This document shows positions 1 to 10,609 of a DNA stretch of 64,000 nt, in pieces; within the stretch, counting starts at the first letter, position 1, and every line of letters begins with the position of its first letter. The DNA is from Octopus sinensis (Eukaryota): assembly GCF_006345805.1 (NCBI RefSeq), contig NC_042998.1:186062001-186126000 (forward strand), read 5' to 3'. A program made the position numbers and the translations under genes. Under the pieces are notes generated by a model. It ran no database searches. It saw only the letters and a list, made by a program, of their open reading frames with translations, and was not told where the DNA came from.

Positions 1-186
1 CTTATGTTGTCTACTCATTTACTAACCACTTTGCAGTGTGTACCGGATGACTTTTGTCATGACACCAGCACTAGTGAGGTTACTTTGTTCCTCATTGGAC
101 AAAAGAGTCCTCATTGTTCTTGCCAATATAAATATATGAATATTAATAAAATTTCTTTTCAAATATTAGCATTATTTGCAAAAATA

Positions 187-618
187 GGATCTTTTCAGTT
201 TGAATGGCAGTTTTTTCTAGCGGTGTCATATGAAATTGTCACCCATAATTATGATCCTAGTATCGATCTATTGCATCTCAATCTATTTTAGGGTTAGGGT
301 TAGTTAGGGCTAGGGTTAGGGGTGGGGGGAAGGGTATTTTTTTCTTCACAAATGTAAATAAACCCAATCTGTTTCTTAAACAAGGGACATTTTCATACGG
401 CACAGAATGTTTTTTTCCTCAATTGGCATCATTGATTGGTTGAAGTTGCAGAAATTGAAGAAAAAAAACAACAAATATCTTACAAACTATAGAATTTTCT
501 CAATAAAGCCAAGAGAAAAAGATGTTTTATAAACACATTCTACCAGTATACGAAGTTTAAAAGTGTTTAGTTATGTGGAAATTATTTTAAAAAACTGCCA
601 TTCAAACCGAAAAGATCC
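187..618. mobile_element. Non-autonomous DNA transposon (MITE), Merlin-like, with internal TTAGGG-like repeats
   Basis: TIRs GGATCTTTTCAGTTTGAATGGCAGTTTTTT (from 187) and AAAAAACTGCCATTCAAACCGAAAAGATCC (to 618). 8-bp target-site duplication CAAAAATA at 179-186 and 619-626. TTAGGG-like tract at about 288-321. Superfamily inferred from GG termini plus 8-bp TSD. Confidence 0.8.
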
Positions 619-769
619 CAAAAATATTTAAAACAAGGGGAAATGCAACACAGATAACACAATGAGCCTAAAATCTGTTGTTGTGTAAACTTTTATAAAA
701 TAGCAAAGAGACTTCTTCAATAATGTATGTATATGTGTGTGTATTTGTATATATCTATATGTTAACCTC

Positions 770-968
770 ACTAGTGCAGGGCCATGAAGAATGCACCCCA
801 TACACTCTGTTTAATCGTTGGCATTAGGAATGACATCCAGGTATAGAGACCTTGTCAAAGCAGACTTTGTACCCCAACACAACCCTCTGGCTAGTTGGAT
901 CCTGTCAAATTTTTTAACTTATGCCAGCAAAGGATTTGGATGTCAAATGATTATGATAATGATAATGA
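770..968 (+). mobile_element. Degenerate RTE 3' UTR copy
   Basis: Decayed gcaccc..ggcattaggaa..catccag motif ending in a degenerate (GAT/AAT)n tail. Confidence 0.65.
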
Positions 969-973
969 TGTTG

Positions 974-1009
<36 letters not shown>

Positions 1010-1545
1010 TTAGCAACTGAAACTGGAGTGAATATATTGCATTTTCTTTTTTTTACTTCCAACTAAAATACTTAAGAAACTATTGAAAACTGAAGAGAAG
1101 AATGGTGGATAAAACTATATAATCATCTCTCTGGAATTTTCTACCCAATTAACTTCCATCTCTTTTCATATATTACCCACTCTTTACATTCCTCTCATAG
1201 CTATGAGTATGTACGTATATTTTGCAACTAGCACACAAAAGAATTTGACATGTTCACAAAAACTGATATAATAATTAATAATCGTTTGTAATGTAGACAC
1301 AAATCTGGCAATTTTCAGTGCAAAGGGTTGATTGATTACACTGACACTAGTACAAGACCAGTACTTTATCTTATTTCTCCTGGAGGGATAAACAACAAAG
1401 ATGACTGTAGCAAGATTAGAACTCGGATTATAAATATCACAAAGATTTTTTTTTCTACAAGGCTTTAATGAGTCTGCCAATCCATTTTCATTGAAATAAT
1501 TTAGAAATTAATAAAGATACTTATAAATGTTGTAATAAGCCAGCA

Positions 1546-1897
1546 GGTATGGTGGTTCAAATTCCGCCGAGGTCGACTTTGCCTTTCATCCTTTCGGGGG
1601 GGATTAAATAAGTACCAGTTACGCTCTGGGATCCATGTAATTGACTTAATCCGTTTGTCTGTCCTTGTTTGTCCCCTCTGTGTTTAGCCCCTTGTGGGTA
1701 GTAAAGAAATAGGTATTTCATCTGCCGCTACGTTCTGAGTTCAAATTCCACTGAGGTCGACTTTGCCTTTCATCCTTTCGGGGTCGATTAAATAAGTACC
1801 AGTTATGCACTTGGGTCGATATAATCAACTTAATCCGTTTGCCTGTCCTTGTTTGTCCCCTCTGTGTTTAGCCCCTTGTGGGTAGTAAAGAAATAGG
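1546..1897 (+). mobile_element. Head-to-tail dimer of a 184-bp tRNA-SINE subunit
   Basis: B-box GTTCAAATTCC followed by gccgaggtcgactttgcctttcatcctttcggggtcgat..aagtaccag. Subunits start at 1557 and 1741. Confidence 0.85.
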
Positions 1898-2022
1898 TAT
1901 GGTGGTATGATTAAGAAGCTTGCTTTATATCTATGTGCTTTCGGGTTCAGTCCCACTTTGTGGTACCTTTGGCAAGTCTCTTCCACTATAATATTGGGCT
2001 TACTGAAAGGCCATCGTACATA

Positions 2023-2094
<72 letters not shown>

Positions 2095-2629
2095 AGCAAC
2101 TGAAACTGGAGTGAATATATTGCATTTTCTTTTTTTTACTTCCAACTAAAATACTTAAGAAACTATTGAAAACTGAAGAGAAGAATGGTGGATAAAACTA
2201 TATAATCATCTCTCTGGAATTTTCTACCCAATTAACTTTCCATCTCTTTTCATATATTACCCACTCTTTACATTCCTCTCATAGCTATGAGTATGTACGT
2301 ATATTTTGCAACTAGCACACAAAAGAATTTGACATGTTCACAAAAACTGATATAATAATTAATAATCGTTTGTAATGTAGACACAAATCTGGCAATTTTC
2401 AGTGCAAAGGGTTGATTGATTACACTGACACTAGTACAAGACCAGTACTTTATCTTATTTCTCCTGGAGGGATAAACAACAAAGATGACTGTAGCAAGAT
2501 TAGAACTCGGATTATAAATATCACAAAGATTTTTTTTTCTACAAGGCTTTAATGAGTCTGCCAATCCATTTTCATTGAAATAATTTAGAAATTAATAAAG
2601 ATACTTATAAATGTTGTAATAAGCCAGCA

Positions 2630-3165
2630 GGTATGGTGGTTCAAATTCCGCCGAGGTCGACTTTGCCTTTCATCCTTTCGGGGGGGATTAAATAAGTACC
2701 AGTTACGCTCTGGGATCCATGTAATTGACTTAATCCATTTGTCTGTCCTTGTTTATCCCCTCTGTGTTTAGCCCCTTGTGGGTAGTAAAGAAATAGGTAT
2801 TTCATCTGCCGCTACGTTCTGAGTTCAAATTCCACTGAGGTCGACTTTGCCTTTCATCCTTTCGGGGGGGATTAAATAAGTACCAGTTACGCTCTGGGAT
2901 CCATGTAATTGACTTAATCCGTTTGTCTGTCCTTGTTTGTCCCCTCTGTGTTTAGCCCCTTGTGGGTAGTAAAGAAATAGGTATTTCATCTGCCGCTACG
3001 TTCTGAGTTCAAATTCCACTGAGGTCGACTTTGCCTTTCATCCTTTCGGGGTCGATTAAATAAGTACCAGTTATGCACTTGGGTCGATATAATCAACTTA
3101 ATCCGTTTGCCTGTCCTTGTTTGTCCTCTCTGTGTTTAACCCCCTTGTGGGTAGTAAAGAAATAG
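2630..3165 (+). mobile_element. Head-to-tail trimer of the same 184-bp SINE subunit
   Basis: tcaaattcc at 2641, 2825 and 3009. Confidence 0.85.
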
Positions 3166-3580
3166 GTATGGTGGTATGATTAAGAAGCTTGCTTTATATC
3201 TATGTGCTTTCGGGTTCAGTCCCACTTTGTGGTACCTTTGGCAAGTCTCTTCCACTATAATATTGGGCTTACTGAAAGGCCATCGTACATATGTGTGTGT
3301 GTGTGTGTGTGTGTAATGTGTCTCTGTGCACACCTTTGTCTTGATGTCACATGATGGTTTCAAATGAGCACCATCATCATGCAGGTGATGTTGTTCATTT
3401 CCAGTCTTTTGTGAAAAACATGTATGGCCATGGGAAATATTACCATCCTTGTAAACAGGTGAGGGCTGGTGACAGGAAGGGCACCCAACAATGGAAAACC
3501 AACCTCAAACAAATTCCATCTGACCTAAGCAAGTTCAGATAAGGGAACGTTAAATAACAATGCTGATAGTGATAATGATT
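3166..3580 (+). mobile_element. CORE-type tRNA SINE head joined to an RTE-type tail
   Basis: gggttcagtcccact..ggtacctttggcaagtctcttccactata (CORE-like), a (TG)n tract, then gacaggaagggcaccca..gttaaataacaatgctgat. Confidence 0.65.
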
Positions 3581-4419
3581 ATACATTCAGCATGTGCATA
3601 TTTTTTGCTGTAGGAAAAAAAATTGCATAAAAGTTTTGCGCATACACACATTGACAACTAGCTACCCTTATCGTTATTGCTCTTATTCTTATGCAAGAGA
3701 ATAAACCCTTTGTCAGTGTTATGAAAAGAGCTTTTCTCTAAGGAATATATATGTTTATGTGTACATATATCTATGTATGTGTGTGTTGGTGCATATACAG
3801 ATGCATGTAGGTAACAGCTATTATTCTTCTGTTATCCACTATCATACTTTTGTTTCCTGCAAACTTAGGAGCATTAGCATTCATTTCTGATCATTGCTAA
3901 CAATATCAGAATTTATTGAGTGTGTTTTCATTTGACACTATGTGATTGTGTAGTCGCTTTGATGTTTCTAGCATAAATGAATCATGGGGGCGAGTATGAA
4001 AAATGTATGACAGTTATGATCACAGAAGAAATAGTGAAGTCAGACACAACAGAAAACGTATATGTAAATGGAAGTTGTATTTCATTGAAGATAAAGAAAT
4101 TATAAATAAAATAGAATAGTATGCATAAAGTACAATTATAGGCACGCTCAAAAAGAATATAATTAGAGGTAGTAAATAAATTGAGTGCTAATTGAGAACT
4201 TAATTGTATAACTAATTAAGTAATTTTGTTGAAATTACTTTTAAAAAGTGTGTAGTCCTAAGAGAGTCCTAAGAGAAATCCAGATTAAAATGCTGTATTA
4301 CTTGACATGGGTTCAATTCTTATGCAAAGATGTTTAAATACGGCATCTGAAGGTAAAACCAAAAATATTGGCAATCGATAAAACGACAATAGATGAATAC
4401 TTCTATCAATGCAAAGTGG

Positions 4420-4800
4420 TAAGAAGTCAGCATCCCAACCACGTGTTTTAGGTTCAGTCTCATTGTGTGTCACTTTGGGTGAGTGTCTTCTACTGTAGCC
4501 CCTGGCTGACCAAAGCCTTGTAAGTGGATTTGATAGATGGAAACTGAAAAGAAGCCTATTGTGTATATGTGTGTGTGTATGTGTAGTTGTGCCCCAACCA
4601 CTGCTTGACAATCAGTGTTGGTGTACTTACATCCCTATAACTTAGCAGTTCAATAAAAGAGATGGATAGAATAAGTGTCGGCTTAAAAAAAAAAACAGAA
4701 AAAGGGAAGTACTGTGGTTGATTTCTTTAACTAAAAATTTTTCAAGTTGATGCTCCAGCAAGGCTGCAATGTAATAACTGAAACGAGTAAAAGATAATAA
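4420..4800 (+). mobile_element. CORE-type tRNA SINE
   Basis: ggttcagtctcattgtgtgtcactttgggtgagtgtcttctactgtagcc..tgctccagcaaggctgca..gaaacgagtaaaag; same family as 13452-13846. Confidence 0.75.
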
Positions 4801-4914
4801 ATATCATACTGCATGTATCAACTTCCTGGCATTATGATGTTATATTACTTGTGTATTTTACAATTAATATCTGTGTACTTATATAGGGCTAATGTCTTTT
4901 AACTATTTAGAGAT

Positions 4915-5197
4915 GGTAGCGAGGTCATTGCCAGTGCCGCTGGACTGGCTCCTGTGCAGGTGGCACATAAAAAGCACCATTTGAGCGTGGCCGTTGCCTG
5001 TACCACCAAACTGGCCCTCGTGCCGGTGGCACATAAAAGCACCCACTACACTCTCGGAGTGGTTGGCGTTAGGAAGGGCGTCCAGCTGTAGAAACTCTGC
5101 CAGATCAGATTGGAGTCTGGTTCGCCAGACCTCAGTCAAATCGTCCAACCCATGCTAGCATGGAAAGTGGACGTTAAATGATGATGATGATAATGAT
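4915..5197 (+). mobile_element. RTE 3' UTR copy (5'-truncated)
   Basis: gtgccggtggcacataaaagcacccactacactctcggagtggttggcgttaggaagggc..catgctagcatggaaagtggacgttaaa(tga)n. Confidence 0.85.
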
Positions 5198-6984
5198 GGT
5201 GTATTTTTCATTTGTGTATAAATGTTATTCTGTTGTTGAAGTTTTATCATGGCCTAATATAATTTTATCCCCTTTCATGAGTCTATAATGGCCAGTATAT
5301 GTAAATGAAAGAAGTATCCATAACTACAACAGAGAAAAAGATGTTTTCAGCATGAAACTATTTTTAAATGTTACTAAAAAACAGTTAACAAAGGTGGCTT
5401 CAAACAGGTTCATTTCAGCTGACTTCTGTTTGACCAGTGGCAGTAAGTTTCTTGGGAGTTGTTCATGAAACATGTTCCTGAATGTAACCGGGATCTCCTG
5501 TAGCTAGATACAGTCTATTGCTTGTTCAAGATGAACACTAAAGCCATGGAAGAAAAACAGATAATTTTTTCCACCATCCTACTACTACTCAATGTGAGCA
5601 AGTATTTGTGCTTCAGACGCTTAAATTTTATTGCTACTTCTGATCATGAGCTGAAATCCTGTCACAATGTGAAATATAATAGTATGTAGATGGTAGTACT
5701 TATTTTTAAAATTCATTTTTGTTTTTTTTAATTCCCATCTGTTTGCATTGGCACCACCATTAACTGTTTAAATCAGTTACACGGAACCAGTGGAATAATG
5801 GTTGATAGTTTAGGTTTACTCCTTAATTAGACAGCATTTCTTTCCTCTCTACCAATTACTCAAACAACACCTATTATTATCAACTAACAGCTGCTACCAC
5901 ATTCATTATTTTATAAAACAGTTTAGACTCACTTGATAAAGTTAGTTTTGTTAATAGATCCTCTCTGCTTAAGAAGTTTTTGCTTAGTTTATATTTTAAA
6001 TTTTATATTCAAAGTTATTTGCGAATTCATTTTTCTTTTGCTGGTTTTGGACTGCAAGCAATGCTAGAGCATAGCCTTTCACGGGTTTAATTGACAATAT
6101 TATTCCTAGTAATTATTCTTTTATTGAACTGTTAAGTTACAGGACACAACTTAAACACAACACCAGTTTTAAGTGGTGTAAACATAAACACTGATATAAA
6201 TGCACACATTAACCTTTTCCCCCTAATGCTTAAATAAATGAGCCATATTAAAGTCATTTCAAAAATTTTTTACTTTCAAAAATACTTTTTAAATGGTCCA
6301 GTAACAACAGCAAACACAACAGGCCATGAAGTTTTTTTTTCTAAAAGGGTCACTTTCTGAATCCCAGTGTGTTACTAATTTTTATTTAACCCATTATATC
6401 TCCTTTCATTATCTGCTATCTACTAGCAGAAGGAGGTCTCATTTCTATTTTAGAATATTGACAACAGTAGAGCTTTTATTTATTGCACTGAACTTGAGGA
6501 TTTGAATTAGAAGTATCATAAAAAAGGAAATCAATACTCTAAAATACTATATCAGTTGAACTTAAAAGTTTAATTTAAAAATATCTATATCCTCAATTCA
6601 CCTTGTGTTCTACTTAAGCACAAGGTCAAATGTTTATTGCAAAGATGACTTTGAATGATGTCATAGTTTTCTTAAAGGTGTAAAAGACATATTTAATAAG
6701 CATCATTGGTGATGCTTGTTGATTTCATGGCTAAATATTAGCAAGTGGAATCTAAATAAAAAAAAAAAAATGGATGAGCTGATATATACAGCTTGGATTA
6801 CTAGTCAAATGACTGAAGTGTGTATTATATTATTACTCTTGTGTAATATTTCAGACCAAGAAATTTGACCGTTGCTGATTGGCTCAACTGATAGCAAACA
6901 CTTCATTGTTACACTGTAGTACAATGTTCAAGTTCTTCCATGAGTTTAGACCAAACTTTTTTTGTTGTGCAACCTTTATACATG

Positions 6985-7660
6985 ATGATGATGATGATGA
7001 TGATGATGATCATCATCATCATCATGGTCATCATCTTCATTTAACATCCATTTTCCATGTTGGCATGCATTAGACAGTTTGACCAGAGCTGGTAAGCCAG
7101 AGAGCAGCACCAGGCTCCAGTTGTCAGTTTTGGCTTACTTTCTATGGCTGGATGCTCTTTCTAACGTCAACTACTTTATAAAATGTGCTGGGTGCCTCTT
7201 ACTGTCACTGGCACAGGTGCCTTTTGCATGTCACTGCATTGGCCATGACCATGATTTCACTTAGTTTGAGATGTCTTCTCAAGCGCATCAAATCGCCAGA
7301 AGCCTGTCATCACCTCTGTGAGACTCAACAACTAAAGATCATATTTCATCCCCTTGTCCTACATCGTCTTGGGTCAACCTCTTCCACAGGTTCCTTCCAT
7401 AATTAGAACTTGGCACTTCTTTACGCAGTTATCCTCATCCCTACACATCATATGACCATACAAGTACAGTCTTCTCTCTGCATCTGATGCCTCTTATACC
7501 CAATTTTTCTCTTGAGACACTTATACTCTCTTGTACATGCACCCTGACATTGCACATCCAAGGCAGCATACTAGCTTCATTTCTTTCAAGCCTTTGCATG
7601 TCCTCTGCATTCACAGTCCATGTTTTAGTGTCATGTGGCATGGCTGTTTGCACTTTGAAC
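6985..7660 (-). mobile_element. 3' fragment of an RTE-clade LINE: ORF C-terminus, 3' UTR and (GAT)n tail
   Basis: Minus ORF 7441-7725 reads VQTAMPHDTKTWTVNAEDMQRLERNEASMLPWMCNV..REKLGIRGIR, the RTE thumb region. It runs on into the same UTR found as the dispersed (GAT)n-tailed repeat. Confidence 0.9.
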
Positions 7661-7786
7661 CAACATAGGTATTTTGCTACCCTTTTTAAAATTAGACTAC
7701 CAATCCCTGCTACCCTAGTTTTCAAAAATAATTTAATAAAACAAAAAATGTTTACAGAAGGAATTTAATTACATAAAAATCATAGA

Positions 7787-7997
7787 TATGAAGCATGTAA
7801 TGAAAAGTTCCTGGCTTTGGATAAAAGAAAATCAGTTAATTATGATTTTATTCACTACATTCCCTTCTCAGATCCACACACTTATTGTGGTGGTCCTTCA
7901 GTTATTCTAACCCTTGTAAAAGAACTCGGAAGGTTGGGTCTTCAACCAGGCCTTATGTAATACCCTTAAAAGCCAGGAACTATTCAGCCACCTCTCA
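7787..7997. mobile_element. Mariner-type MITE
   Basis: Inverted termini TGAAAAGTTCCTGGCTTT (7801) and AAAGCCAGGAACTATTCA (to about 7986); about 210 bp, no ORF. Confidence 0.65.
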
Positions 7998-9500
7998 GTC
8001 ATTTATTATTTGAAAATGGCAAATATCATTTTTTACACCTTATATCAAGGAACTCGAGAATGTTTTTCACAAAACTCTGTGGTATTATGGATCCCAGTTT
8101 GAGAATCCCTCATCTACACCATAATAGAAACATGTTTGCCTCCTCTATTACCACTGCATTAATATGACATTTATATGATGAATAAAATAGACATAACTGA
8201 AGAGTAAAATCAGCATTTTGGGTGTTGCCCATTTTTCTGCATTTAGAAAACATATATTGCAAAAGGGTTCTTTTTGTTGTTGCATCAGACATGTCAATCT
8301 ATTTATTTTATTACATAAAAGTATTTAGTAGATTAGAAAAACGTTTTTTCGTCACATTCTTACTGCATTTTGCAGCTAAAGTACTTTTCTTTATATGTTA
8401 TCACTGCTGTCCATCTCCTGTCTATTAACTGTTAAGGAATTTTAATTTTCAGTGAATACATATGTATGCAATAAATAAGCAATAAAATATGACAAGCAAT
8501 ACAGAAGATATCTTTACATTGTGTCTTTACATATTACTTCACAACATACATATTCTTTCAAGCATTTAAATACCTACACTAAAACATACCCAATTCTACA
8601 TAAACAACCATACATATACACTCTCACATATACACAGACATACACTCATACCTACATGTGAAAAAAAAAACATGTATTATCAAAGACACAGGTTACCTTC
8701 AAACATGTACTTTACACACTGAAATCACTATACAGCTAGACTCACACATGCATATACAAACACACATAATTGCACATGCACACAAACCATACTCTCACAG
8801 ACACTCACACATGTAATTTACACAATGAAACCTACGTATACATTGACTCTCACATATCCAAATGCAGTACACCACATATACACAAGCACACACATCTACA
8901 TACTTCCTTGCTTCAGATTTATTTGGCTCAGTGCTTCTTACATTGTATTTTTATCTGGAATTCACTGGTCTGTGATGGCAGCCAAGGAAGAACTGACAAA
9001 GCTGATCGCTGATCAAGTTCACTAGCTGGTGGTTTCCTTTACTATTGAGTTAATTATTTCTTTACAAATGCTGTTGTTCACCTGAGAAGCATAATGCAGA
9101 AGCTGGCAGCATCTATCTTGGATTGCTTTGTTATTTCTTCATGGCAGTCCATTCTTTGTGTTACTACAACCATCTAGATAGATGGCTGCTGTCATTAAGA
9201 CTGCTACATACACACACACATATACACAAAAAAGCGAAAATCTGATTTTCACAATTTATTATGTTATGAAAACACACACAAACACACACAATAATCTACT
9301 GTACAGAAAAAAGGAAAACAATTGAAAAACAAAGTCAGTGTATGTGTCTGGTATGAAATGATTTCCCTTCATTACCATTTTCTATTCAGTTGTTGAAGTA
9401 ATTGTCTTTGATCAGCTAATAGCAGCATGAAGACCCACACTGATATATCATCATCACATCATCATCATTTAACATCTATGTTTATTTTCTGGCATTGGCG

Positions 9501-9544
<44 letters not shown>

Positions 9545-9549
<5 letters not shown>

Positions 9550-9896
9550 CAGTAATAATAAAGGGTAAAATTAATTAACTAACTAGTAATTAATAATTCC
9601 ACCAAGTAGTATTCGGCATGTTAAAAGGACCATTTTTCGGTAAGCTTAAACAATATTTTATAATTATGAGTATAATTATAATTAGGGTTTAGCAAAAATT
9701 TGCTTAGAAATAGCAGCCAAAGAACCTTGGCTATTTCTTCTACTATAAGAAGAAACTCCCGGACAGCAAATATTCAAAACAACCCACATAGACAGAGAGG
9801 AAAAACAACGAAATTCACTCAGTATGTGATTACCTGTGGACGCGTTTCAGAATTAGATCGGTATGAAGAATGTAAAAATCACACTTCATCCAATCC
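9545..9896 (-). mobile_element. Penelope-like pseudo-LTR fragment carrying the 3' half of a hammerhead
   Basis: Minus strand reads ..ctaattct-GAAAC-GC-GTC-cacagg at 9834-9856 and is truncated at 9896. The Penelope assignment is inferred from the hammerhead context. Confidence 0.5.
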
Positions 9897-10160
9897 AATA
9901 TTAAATATTATATATGTATATATATATATATAATATGAGAGGTTTAGTTCACTTGTGATCTAAACGAATAGGTATACTATGTAAGTGCTATAGTTGGTCG
10001 ACTGTTAGGTTCCAAGATCACAGTTAAGGCTGGATCTAGGGATCCATTTTAGGGTTCCATTATATCAGGTATATATTATATTAGAGGAAAAATCAAAACC
10101 AAGCAGAACAAGTATATCAAGTCATTTAGAATACTTTAATTAGGGTAAGGTGAATTTGAC

Positions 10161-10236
10161 GTCTTATAGCCATTTCTGGGATAACACAACTGGCTGGTTA
10201 GCATGACCATGCACTAAGTATTCCATCATCAGAGAC
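10161..10236 (-). ncRNA. Type I hammerhead ribozyme candidate
   Basis: Minus strand: GUCU-CUGAUGA-UGGAAUAC..(32 nt)..GUUAUCCCA-GAAA-U-GGCU-A-U-A/AGAC. Core CUGAUGA and GAAA intact; stem I GUCU/AGAC; 6 of the first 7 stem II pairs form; predicted cleavage after AUA, between 10165 and 10164. Confidence 0.7.
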
Positions 10237-10271
10237 AAGCTATGAATATTTTAGACAGGGAAAATTTACAT

Positions 10272-10609
10272 TTTACAAGGAATAAAGTTCATAGTTTATA
10301 AGGAATAAAATAGAAGAATAAAGAGTAAAAGTAGTTAAAAGAATACAGGCAGGAGAATAATGTTCACAACTCCTCTTTTTTCCACAGTATATGGATGTTG
10401 GTCGGTACTTCCAAGAAGGTATAGGTTTTTAGTTAAAATCCCAGGTAAAAACTAAAACACTGTACCTTCATGGAAGTACCAACCAACATCCATATTATCT
10501 GGAAAAAGATGAGTTGTGAACATTATTCTCCTGCCTATATTCTTCTAAATATATTTACTCTTTACTCTTCTATTTTATTCCTTAAAAACTGAATTTTATA
10601 CCTTGTAAA
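10272..10609. repeat. Long imperfect inverted repeat (arms about 163 bp, loop about 15 nt)
   Basis: Left arm includes ggcaggagaataatgttcacaactc..ggatgttggtcggtacttcc; right arm includes ggaagtaccaaccaacatcc..gagttgtgaacattattctcctgcc. Confidence 0.95.

Larger units (their letters stand above)
975..3313. repeat. Near-identical tandem duplication of a 1084-bp unit bounded by (TG)n/(AG)n microsatellites
   Basis: Identical spurious ORFs at 1184-1480 and 2268-2564 (offset 1084). The second copy carries one extra 184-bp SINE subunit, so the downstream offset is about 1269. Confidence 0.95.
9935..10609 (-). mobile_element. Penelope-like element remnant: hammerhead-bearing pseudo-LTR with an inverted 5' segment
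   Basis: Type I hammerhead at 10161-10236 directly next to a 338-bp inverted repeat (10272-10609), an arrangement known for Penelope-like elements. No RT or GIY-YIG ORF recognisable. Confidence 0.55.

Noticed and set aside
288-321. Telomere or chromosome-fusion scar
   Set aside because: Only a few degenerate TTAGGG units, located inside a TIR- and TSD-bounded MITE.
1184-2564. Two identical 98-aa ORFs (1184-1480 and 2268-2564) as duplicated genes
   Set aside because: No recognisable domain or splice context; the identity is explained by the tandem duplication.
5330-5660. Non-repetitive stretch containing YCLFKMN.., superficially like the ITPR DCLFK exon
   Set aside because: It lies upstream of the identified exon, the following residues do not match RYSAQKQFW, and the frames contain stops.
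8915-9190. Possible exon after the acceptor-like tacttccttgcttcag (SVMAAKEELTKLIADQVH*)
   Set aside because: All three frames hit stops, no convincing donor, no recognisable homology.
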